Assembly: GCA_963841435.1 (NCBI GenBank)
Contig: CAWJCS010000003.1
Span: 736,001-800,000 of the forward strand
Origin: an uncultured delta proteobacterium
GTDB lineage: Bacteria > Myxococcota_A > Polyangia > Polyangiales > Polyangiaceae
Reading direction: 5' to 3'
Length of the DNA stretch: 64,000 bases
Position numbers and translations under genes: made by a program. The notes beneath the pieces were generated by a model that saw only the letters and a program-made list of their open reading frames with translations, was not told the origin of the DNA and ran no database searches. Positions 8,862 through 16,664 of the stretch are shown here, piece by piece. Within the stretch, counting starts at the first letter, position 1; every line of letters begins with the position of its first letter.

Positions 8862-10395
8862 GCCGCCGCGCTCGCCGCCGAAAGCCGGCCGCCGCGAGCG
8901 CGAGCGCCAGGGCGGTGGCCCAGCCGCTGCGGGCGCCGGCGGCGGGCACGGAGCACCCGCAGCCGCCTTCGGCCTTGCTCGTCGCGCCGGGCGCCTGTGT
9001 CGTCGGGCCGGACCCCGCCCCGCCGCCACCTACGCCGCCCGCGGACGCGCCCGCGGACGAGCCCGCGCCGCCGGTCACGCCGCCGCCTGCCGCGCCGGCC
9101 CCACCGCCGCGGCCGCCCGAAGCGCCCGCGCTGCCGCCGGAAGTCGACGTTGCCCCGCCCTCACCCGAGCTCTCGCCGCCCATGCCGGCGGTGGCCCCGC
9201 CGCTGCCGCCGCTGCCGCTCGCACAGATGGAGCCCGCGGGCCAGGGGAGCGGATCCGCTTGATAGGCGGCGATGCGCTCGCGAAGATCCTTCGCCGTGCC
9301 GCCAGCGGGGGAGGTGTCGGGTGGCGTCGACACCCCGAGCCCGCGAAAGTCGTCGGGAGTCGCGCCGCTTCCCTGGTGCTCCCACAGAATGCCGATGAGC
9401 CCTGCGCCGAGGAGCTGCTGGAGGGCGTCGCGTCCACCGTCCTCTGCGAAGAGGTGATAGTCCACCGGGCCGATCAGCACCTGCCAGAACAGCACGGGCA
9501 GGTGAGTGCCCGCGGACACGCTGGCCACCCAGTCCACGTTGGTTTGCAGGGCGACCGGATCCAGCGGCTCCCACCAGTTTTGTTCGTTGCTGAGCAGGTG
9601 CGGCTCTTCGGTGACGATGACGTCCCAATTGCCCACGCTGGAGTAAAAGGACGTGACGACATCGGGACGAGTGCCGGAGCGGAAGTTGGACGCGTGCCAA
9701 CCCAGGCGCACGTCCGGGGCGTATTTGTCCCGCAGGTAGACCAGCGCCTGTCCGAAGCCGCCGGCGTCGTCGGGAAAGGCCTGTCCCGCGAGATCGGGGT
9801 GACCAGACGAAACGACCTGCACGGGTAGCGTGCCCGCGTCCGTCCGACCCTCCACGCCCATGGCCCACAGCATGAAGCCCCAGGAGTCGGGCTCCACTTG
9901 CACCAGGGCGTCCGTCTGGGTCGAGGAGGCCGCCTGCACCACGGCGATGAAGCCGTCGTAGTAGTCGCGCATCAGGTCGGCGTCTTCCAGCGTTTGCTGT
10001 ACGATGTCGGCCTCGGCGACGTCGGCGTTCGGGCGCGCCGTGAGCCCGGCGCTCTGTCCACGCTTCAAGAGGTCATAGAACGTGAGGACCAGGTGGGCAC
10101 CGAGGCCCTTGGCGATCTGTCCTTTCAGCTGGATGAACGAGGTCATGTCCGCCGTCGGCGTCTGGCTGGGGAATACGTACACGTACAAGAACTGCCAGCT
10201 CACTCCATTGTCCCTGGCCATCTCCGGCCAGCCCTCGGCAGCCCCGTAGCTCGACACGCCCATGCCGAGTGAGCTCACGTCGCCGCACAGGTCGTGCGCG
10301 GGTGCCGCCAGCGCAGGGGCCGTTACCGCGGTCAGGGTCGCGAGCGTCGTTTCGGCGAGGAGCCGCGAGCAGCGCAACGTCGGAATACCCACCAC
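8779..10395 (-). CDS. Secreted glycoside-hydrolase-like protein with Gly linker and MYXO-CTERM-like tail (start uncertain)
   Basis: VQVEPDSWGF core; C-terminal GGCGCSV...LALALAAAGFRRR. Confidence 0.6.
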   Translation of the reverse strand: MVGIPTLRCSRLLAETTLATLTAVTAPALAAPAHDLCGDVSSLGMGVSSYGAAEGWPEMARDNGVSWQFLYVYVFPSQTPTADMTSFIQLKGQIAKGLGAHLVLTFYDLLKRGQSAGLTARPNADVAEADIVQQTLEDADLMRDYYDGFIAVVQAASSTQTDALVQVEPDSWGFMLWAMGVEGRTDAGTLPVQVVSSGHPDLAGQAFPDDAGGFGQALVYLRDKYAPDVRLGWHASNFRSGTRPDVVTSFYSSVGNWDVIVTEEPHLLSNEQNWWEPLDPVALQTNVDWVASVSAGTHLPVLFWQVLIGPVDYHLFAEDGGRDALQQLLGAGLIGILWEHQGSGATPDDFRGLGVSTPPDTSPAGGTAKDLRERIAAYQADPLPWPAGSICASGSGGSGGATAGMGGESSGEGGATSTSGGSAGASGGRGGGAGAAGGGVTGGAGSSAGASAGGVGGGGAGSGPTTQAPGATSKAEGGCGCSVPAAGARSGWATALALALAAAGFRRRARRLRSPEPGASAPSAFRERACTPCGSCWR

Positions 10396-10469
10396 CGGAG
10401 GATGAGGCTTGCGCGCGGAGCTCGCAATGGTCGATGCTTCGAACGACGGGAAAGGAAGCTCGGGTGGCT

Positions 10470-10601
10470 CCTCATGCCGACGAGCCGCGCATCGTGGCCG
10501 AGGTCGTGCTGAGAGCGGCGACGGCGGAGCGACCAAAGGTTCGATACACAGCCGGTGGGGTCGCCGGCCGCCTGCGCTTCGCGATGCGACTCGCGACGTA
10601 G
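10470..10601 (+). pseudogene. C-terminal relic of an SDR oxidoreductase
   Basis: ADEPRIVAEVVLRAATAERPKVRYTAGGVAGRLR resembles SDR C-termini; no N-terminal part present. Confidence 0.45.
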
Positions 10602-10688
10602 CCGTCTTGCATTCCGGAACGACAATCACGGGGACGCGCAAGCCCGCTCGAATCCCCTGGTGCGAGCGCGGCGGGTCGGTTCTCGTTT

Positions 10689-12020
10689 ATGCTCATGAGC
10701 ATGACCTGGCACCGAACCACGTTCATGACTTGCGGGCTCCTATCTCTGCTGGCGTGCAGCGAGACGGGGTCGCCCTCGTCAACTCCGGCCGGCGCCGGCC
10801 GTGCTGGAAGCGCAGCGAGCGGGGCCGGGGTCGGGGCCGCGGGGGACCGGGGAGGGTCGAGCACCGGGGGGCAGTCGAACGGCGGGCGCGAGACGGGAGG
10901 GAGCGCCGGCTCGTCGATGGGCGGCGAGTCGGCGAGCGCCGGCGAGGGGGGCATGAACCCGAGCGGTGGAGCGGGCGGCGAGCGGCCCCCCGCCAACGGC
11001 ACGCCCGGCGTGTGGGAGAACGTGACTTCCCCGGTGATGGACGCGTCGATGTTCGTCGCGGGCGAGTACGGCGCGGGAAACGTCGTCACGGACCCGGCGC
11101 GACCCACGGACATGTATTTGGGCGGCTACGGTGCCATCTACAAGTCCGACGACTACGGCTTGAACTGGCAAAAACTCGACCCGGACCCGAACCCGCCGTC
11201 GCTCGCCTTGGGTCACGTGCTCGCCGTCGCCGGCACCACCCCGGCGACCATGTGGATGGCGAGCTTCAACGGCGAAAAGCACGTCTACCGCTCGCGCGAC
11301 GCCGGCAAGACCTTCACCCTGACGGGTGACATCCCGGAACGACCCGACGCACAAAGTCTGTACTCGATCGTGGTCGATCCCTACGACGCCGATCACCTCA
11401 TCAGCGGTCTCCACGAGGAAGACGAGGTGCTCGAGTCGGTGGACGCCGGCGACACCTGGCACTTCGTCTCGGGCAGCGGCTGGCCGAGCGGTGGGAAGTC
11501 GTGGTTTCCGTTCTTCGTCGACACGGGCGACGCGGCGACCACCGCCCAGACTTGGTTCGCGATTGCCCAAGATGGGGCCTCGGCGGTCATGACCAGCGAC
11601 GGCGGCCAGCACTGGGGAAAGCCCAAGGGCATCGAAGATCTCGAGCATCCGCATGGAAACTCGCAGCTCTTCCAGAACGGAAGAACGCTGTTCGTCGCCG
11701 GCATCAACGGTCCTGGAACGGGCGTCTATCGCAGCAAGGACCTCGGAGCCAACTGGGAGCGCGTGGCCGACGGCAGCGGTGCGTTGGTCTGGGGCTCCGA
11801 CAAGAACGTCTACGCGATGTGGGGGTGGGCGTGCAGCGCGTGCGACGACGGGGCGCAATTCCAAATGGCCCCGCAGCCCGGCGACGACTGGACCAGCCCC
11901 AACGTCCCAGCAGAGCTCAATTGGGGTCCCAACAGCGTGGCCGCCTCTTCGGACGGCGTTCACGCCGTCTTCGTCGGCTCGATGTGGACGAACGGCGTCT
12001 GGCGCTACGTGGAGCCGTAG
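10689..12020 (+). CDS. Lipoprotein with BNR/Asp-box beta-propeller (sialidase/GH74-like fold)
   Basis: LLAC lipobox; SDDYGLNW, SRDAGKTF, SVDAGDTW, SDGGQHW and SKDLGANW Asp-boxes. Confidence 0.8.
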   Translation: MLMSMTWHRTTFMTCGLLSLLACSETGSPSSTPAGAGRAGSAASGAGVGAAGDRGGSSTGGQSNGGRETGGSAGSSMGGESASAGEGGMNPSGGAGGERPPANGTPGVWENVTSPVMDASMFVAGEYGAGNVVTDPARPTDMYLGGYGAIYKSDDYGLNWQKLDPDPNPPSLALGHVLAVAGTTPATMWMASFNGEKHVYRSRDAGKTFTLTGDIPERPDAQSLYSIVVDPYDADHLISGLHEEDEVLESVDAGDTWHFVSGSGWPSGGKSWFPFFVDTGDAATTAQTWFAIAQDGASAVMTSDGGQHWGKPKGIEDLEHPHGNSQLFQNGRTLFVAGINGPGTGVYRSKDLGANWERVADGSGALVWGSDKNVYAMWGWACSACDDGAQFQMAPQPGDDWTSPNVPAELNWGPNSVAASSDGVHAVFVGSMWTNGVWRYVEP

Positions 12021-12021
12021 G

Positions 12022-12091
12022 CTGTGGAGTCGGCGCCGCTGCTGCAGAACTCGCCAAGCTCGGGCACGACGTGAGCATGGACACGGTCGCC
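12022..12091 (+). pseudogene. Relic of an integrase-core (IS3-like) transposase
   Basis: LWSRRR plus, in a shifted frame, AAELAKLGHDVSMDTVA, similar to the W-x-RRI-x-EL-x-KLG-x-V-x-TV motif. Confidence 0.45.
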
Positions 12092-12241
12092 GTTCCCGCG
12101 AGCCCATCTCGCTTCCCCGGCATCGAGGCCGAGCAAGGCTGTAGCCCCGCCCAGCCTGCGTGAGAGTTCAAAGGTCGGGGCTCCGAGCTTCGACCTTCCG
12201 GTTATGGGGGCGAAGCGAGCAGGCGGGAACGAGATCGAGGC

Positions 12242-12571
12242 TCAGTTACAGGTGGCTTGTTCATCATTACCTTGGCAAAGCAGGCCGCAAGAGAGTCCGA
12301 GGCGTTCGAGAATCGCGTCGACCTCACACTGGGGGAGCATGGGATTGCTGGAGAACGACGCGTACTGCACCGACATCAAGGACGGCAGGCCGTGCACCGT
12401 GGCCAGGTTCTCGTTGCCGACGAAGGCAATCGAGTAGCCGACAGTCTCGAGCGCATCGAGGTCCACCTCGGTGACGCCCGGGCATCCGTAGACGGAGAGT
12501 TGGTTGACCGTCCTCAGTGCCGGCAGCCGGATACTGATCGAGTCGGGCGTCGCCCTGAGCCTTGGTGCCAC
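12242..12571 (-). pseudogene. C-terminal fragment of a receptor-L-domain/LRR-like surface protein
   Basis: LPALRTV, LDALETVG, LPSL...NPMLPQCEV repeats; no signal peptide or N-terminus. Confidence 0.55.
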
Positions 12572-12991
12572 TGGACATGCCGTGTTCGGGACGGAGTTCG
12601 AGCCGTCGGCGCCCGCTTATGCCATTTGTGGCATCTGCGATCCGCTTCCGAGGCGAGGCTACTCAAGGCGTTCGCATTGCCCGCGGCGATGGGGCGGCGT
12701 GTAATGGGGTTCTCATGACATGCACGCGGGGCCGCAGCCGTGCTTGCTACGTTCCGTTGGGAACGAGCACGCGGCTCATGGCGTTCTGCGCCGTTCTCGT
12801 GGCGCTAGAGACGGGATGTACTGCTGGCGGGCGCGCCGACGAGTCAGCAAAGGTGCCCAGTCACTGCTGCCTGGACTTGAGTTGGATGAATGCCGGGACC
12901 TCGCCAAGGACAGTGTCCGCGGTGGCTCGAACGCTGACAACTGCTACGACCGATGGCTTTTCTTTCCTCGCTTCCAAGCGGCGGCAGGGGA

Positions 12992-13164
12992 ACCCTCCGG
13001 AGCTACTTCAAGGGCGGCACCGTCACGATGATCCCGGAGCCTCACGGCGACGGCCAGGCCTAAGTGGCGCGCGGCGAGTTCATGCCCCTCGCCCTTCTGA
13101 CCGCCGATGCAGCAACGCCCTCCGAGCTCGAGCTGGGAGGGCGTTGTCCACGTGTAGTTGCGCG
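12992..13164 (+). pseudogene. Large serine recombinase C-terminal remnant 1, ending in a tRNA-Met att-like junction
   Basis: TLRSYFKGGTVTMIPEPHGDGQA*VARGEFMPLALL is paralogous to 18688-18853; ends in GTGTAGTTGCGCG. Confidence 0.7.
13113..13146. terminator. Hairpin next to the att-like junction
   Basis: CAACGCCCTCC / GGAGGGCGTTG perfect 11-bp inverted repeat. Confidence 0.5.
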
Positions 13165-13257
13165 AGGGCGATACGACCGCTGTACCACGGCGTTTCCTGC
13201 TGGATTCGGGGCGCTCTTGGCCCGCGGTCGGCGCACGTCTGCTAGGCTTCTGTACCA

Positions 13258-13536
13258 GTGGACCCGGCGTCTCCCAGGCTCGATCGACGAGCGGCGTTCT
13301 TTCGATGGCGGAACGGTCAGGCGGCCGCAGCTCGCCGGCAGCAGGAGCTGGTCATCGCGGAAGGAGCGCGGCCCCTGACTTCCGTCGGCGAATCGCGCTC
13401 GGCGGCAAACGCCATGGAGCAGAGCTCGGGGTGGCCGACGGGCCGCGATCCGGTATCCGAGCACGCCATCGAGCTCGTTCGCCGTCGCTGGGCACGAGTA
13501 CAGCAGCGTGCGAAACGTGCCTCGCAAGACCGGTGA
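13258..13536 (+). CDS. Small helical protein, putative antitoxin
   Basis: 92-aa ORF overlapping the start of the nucleotidyltransferase. Confidence 0.55.
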   Translation: MDPASPRLDRRAAFFRWRNGQAAAARRQQELVIAEGARPLTSVGESRSAANAMEQSSGWPTGRDPVSEHAIELVRRRWARVQQRAKRASQDR

Positions 13537-14188
13537 ACAACGTCTCGACGACGCGCTGAACGCGTTGGCTGCCGGCCTGAAGAGCGCGGCGGGCGCGTGG
13601 ATGATCATCGGTGGCGTCGCCGTCATTGCTCGCGGAGTGCGGCGCATGACGACGGATATCGACATCGTCGTGCGCGGAGATGCAGTCAACCTCTCGAAGC
13701 TTCTCCGCATCCTCGCGCGACACGGCGTCAGGCCTCGGATCGAGGAAGCCGAAGCTTTCGCGGAGAAGAACCTGGTGCTGCTGCTGCGACACCTGCCGAG
13801 TGGGGTGGACCTGGATCTGTCTCTCGGTTGGACCGACTTCGAACGCGACGCCATCTCCTCGAGCACCCGCGTCGCCTACGGACGCGCGTCGTATCCGATG
13901 GCTCGCGCAGAGGACCTCGTCGTGTTCAAGGCACTGGCCGCTCGACCCAAGGACATCGAGGACGCCGCCGCATTGCTCCTCATGCATCCCGCCATCGATC
14001 TCGGCGGAGTGCGGCGGCGGCTCGCGGAGCTCGCCGAGCTCGCGCAAGAACCGTCGTTAGTCGAGGGGCTCGAGCAAATCATCGCCCGAACCCGCGCCGT
14101 TCGCAGGGCGTCGAGCAAGCAACGCTCCGCAACCCAGTCGCCAGCGAAAAAGCGCAAGCAGACCAAGCGGCGCGTGTCGCGCAAATAG
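13508..14188 (+). CDS. Nucleotidyltransferase (AbiEii/DUF6036/MenT1-like), putative toxin
   Basis: IIGGVAVIARGVRRMTTDIDIV, VDLDL and EDLVVFKALAARPKDIED motifs. Confidence 0.8.
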   Translation: MRNVPRKTGEQRLDDALNALAAGLKSAAGAWMIIGGVAVIARGVRRMTTDIDIVVRGDAVNLSKLLRILARHGVRPRIEEAEAFAEKNLVLLLRHLPSGVDLDLSLGWTDFERDAISSSTRVAYGRASYPMARAEDLVVFKALAARPKDIEDAAALLLMHPAIDLGGVRRRLAELAELAQEPSLVEGLEQIIARTRAVRRASSKQRSATQSPAKKRKQTKRRVSRK

Positions 14189-14666
14189 CCACGGACCGAA
14201 GCCGAAGGGGTCGCCGTACGCGGACGCCACCCCGGAAGAGAGGCTCGCCGCGGCCTCCGCCTCATCGAGCACCACCAGGCACTTCGTGGTGAGTCTTCGA
14301 CGCTTCCGCGGTCGGCGTGGCCGGGCGAAACGTTTCGTCGTCGGTGAGGCGCTTGGCGAAGCTTCCTCAGGAAGCCGCGCGCAGCCCATCGGGCGAGCAC
14401 GGCGAGTGGGGGCGGCGCTGTTCGCCTACCAGGGAGGTAGGCTCGAATAGCTGAGCGGCGCCGCCAGTCCCGAGTCGGCTTACGACGGCGTCGTCCGCTG
14501 CGGCGCGCGCTCGGCGGAAAACTCCGATGACGACGGAGCGTGTATTCACTGCACAAGCGCAGGGGCCGGCGACAGTACGGGTGATGGTTCCCTCGAGCGT
14601 GACGAGCCGCGAGGTCGTACGCCACGGGGGAGCTCAACCTCGGATCACTTTCTCGGAGACTGAAGC

Positions 14667-16214
14667 ATGTCCAGAACAGGCGTCCTGCTGTCGATCGCGC
14701 TATCCGTCGCTACGACACGTGCCTCGGCGACGACCAATCAGTTTCGGGGCGTGAACTGGGCCGACTCGAGAGACAATTTCCAGTCTGGCGTTCTCTACGT
14801 TTCGGGGCTCTCCTCATCCGACACCTACGATTCGGCCTTGGCGACGGGAACCAGCGTAATGACGCAGTTCGTGTCGAAGCTCGACGCGAACGCCGTCCGA
14901 ATGCCGATCAACGAGGCGACCGTCTCGGGATACTGGGGCACGTACACGGGTGCGATCGATGCCGTGCTTTCCAAGGGCAGTGTCGTCCTGTGCTACTGGG
15001 ACAGCGCCAAGAGTAACAAGCCAGCAGACATGAACGCATTTTGGAACATGTGGAAGACGGTAGTGAACGAGTACGGCGCCAACAGCAACGCCTACTTCGA
15101 AGTCTTCAATGAACCGAATATGTACAGCACGACCGACCTCATCTCGCTTTACAGCAGCTGGCTCACGCAATTTCCCACCGTTCCGAAGAGCAGGGTCATC
15201 CTCGATGGGACCGGCAATGCCCAGAATGTTCCCAACATCGGCTCGGCCAGCGCGCTCGACGGTTGCCTCCTGGCCGTGCACGATTACAGCTTTTTTGGCT
15301 CCGACACTTGGTCCAGCGAGTCTCAATGGGTAAGCCAGTTTCAGGGTGAGGTCGGCAGTTACGCCGACCGCACCGTGTGCACGGAATGGGGCGGACCGAT
15401 GAGCCCCGGCAGCAAGAACGGGGTCAGCTACGGCTCCCTCGACTACAGCAAATCTCCGACGAATTACTTCGAGGCTTACATCCGCGGCATGAGTAGCCAG
15501 CTGCGCGCCTGGAAGATGGGAAGCTTCTACTGGGTTGGTCTGAAGGACGGAGACTGGTACAGCATGACCACTCGGAGCGGAACCGGCTCGAGTCTGGTTC
15601 TTTCCGTTCCGAACCAGTCGGGTCTTTTACAGTTGCAGAATGCGTGGACCGGCCCGGCCGCCGCAGGCGCCGGGGGCGGCGCGGGGAGCAGCGGTGAGGG
15701 CACCGGCGGCGCGGGCAGCGGCGGTATGGCCAATGGCGGCCGTAATGGCCAGGCCGGAGGGGCTGGTGGCGCGACTGCAGCCGGCGCAGCCGGGATCGGT
15801 GGCGCGATGCTCGGCACCGGAGGCGCCGGCGGATTGCCGAGCGTGACCTCCGGTGGTCAGGGCGGCTCGATGGTGAACACAGGCGGCGCGAGCGGCGGCG
15901 CTGGACAAACGACCGGCGCGGCGGGCGGGACCGGCGACGCGGGCGCCTCCACGGGTGGCAGCCACGGCAGCTTGGGCGGCACCGGTGGTCCGGCCCCCGC
16001 AAGCGGCGGAACAGGTGCGGGCGGCTCCGGAGTGGGCGGCAGCTCTTCACCAATGGATATCACCAGGGACTCGAGTCCGGGTTGCGCGTGCACAACGATC
16101 GGAGCCCGTCGCGAGCACGCCTGGGGGCTGGCTCTCTTGATGTTCGTGGCATTTGGCGCGGCGAGACGACGAGAGTCACGTCAGGCGCGGCCGACGACTT
16201 ACCGCGGCGATTGA
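14667..16214 (+). CDS. GH5-like glycoside hydrolase with Gly linker and MYXO-CTERM-like tail
   Basis: FRGVNWAD, VRMPIN, FEVFNEP (acid/base), AVHDY and CTEWG (nucleophile); tail PGCAC...LALLMFVAFGAARRR. Confidence 0.85.
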   Translation: MSRTGVLLSIALSVATTRASATTNQFRGVNWADSRDNFQSGVLYVSGLSSSDTYDSALATGTSVMTQFVSKLDANAVRMPINEATVSGYWGTYTGAIDAVLSKGSVVLCYWDSAKSNKPADMNAFWNMWKTVVNEYGANSNAYFEVFNEPNMYSTTDLISLYSSWLTQFPTVPKSRVILDGTGNAQNVPNIGSASALDGCLLAVHDYSFFGSDTWSSESQWVSQFQGEVGSYADRTVCTEWGGPMSPGSKNGVSYGSLDYSKSPTNYFEAYIRGMSSQLRAWKMGSFYWVGLKDGDWYSMTTRSGTGSSLVLSVPNQSGLLQLQNAWTGPAAAGAGGGAGSSGEGTGGAGSGGMANGGRNGQAGGAGGATAAGAAGIGGAMLGTGGAGGLPSVTSGGQGGSMVNTGGASGGAGQTTGAAGGTGDAGASTGGSHGSLGGTGGPAPASGGTGAGGSGVGGSSSPMDITRDSSPGCACTTIGARREHAWGLALLMFVAFGAARRRESRQARPTTYRGD

Positions 16215-16394
16215 CGTGACCTCTTCCCGCTCGAGGTGTGGGACGGGCAACAGAAGGCGAGCGAGGAGATCGACATCGTCGAGCTGGCCCCGACCGAAGA
16301 CCAAGAAGCACGGCGTTGACAACAAGCGCGTCGGGCTCCCCGAGATCCACGTCCGTTTCCTGAAGGAGTACCGGCTGTCCAAGGGCAAGCCACC

Positions 16395-16416
16395 AAGCCC
16401 CGCGTTAGCGGGGCTT
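16395..16416 (-). terminator. Terminator-like hairpin of the tRNA-linked repeat
   Basis: AAGCCCCGC-gtta-GCGGGGCTT. Confidence 0.7.
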
Positions 16417-16418
16417 AG

Positions 16419-16555
16419 TAGTTGCGCGGGGAGGATTTGCTCCGGCGCACCGATGCTGCTCGTTGATTCGCTTCGCGCGACCCCGAGCAACCTCGGTTCC
16501 ACGTTAGGACTAAAATCCTCCCCACAAAACCAAGCCCCGCGTTAGCGGGGCTTAG
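16419..16555 (-). repeat. tRNA-linked repeat unit A (137 bp)
   Basis: Near-identical to 18844-18979 and 18980-19115. Confidence 0.95.
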
Positions 16556-16600
16556 TAGTTGCGCGGGGAGGATTTGAACCTCCGACCTTCGGGTTATGAG
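16556..16600 (-). repeat. Displaced 3' half of tRNA-Met (att-like direct repeat)
   Basis: 44/45 identity to 19116-19160; identity ends just past the anticodon loop. Confidence 0.9.
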
Positions 16601-16664
16601 GAGGCGGCGACTAGCTTGCTCGGCTTGGTGTGCTTGCAGAACGCGACGATAGCGCGCGGCGATG

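Noticed and set aside
12580-12990. ORFs 12562-13245 and 12720-13031
   Set aside because: No recognisable motifs; probably scrambled remnants upstream of the recombinase relic.
16215-16390. Possible gene relic between GH5 and the repeat (LFPLEVWDG..., VGLPEIHVRFLKEY)
   Set aside because: Looks coding-like, but I cannot assign a family or a start without a search.
16556-16600. Second tRNA-Met gene
   Set aside because: Only the 3' 45 nt are present, with no D arm or 5' acceptor strand, and it ends CTA.
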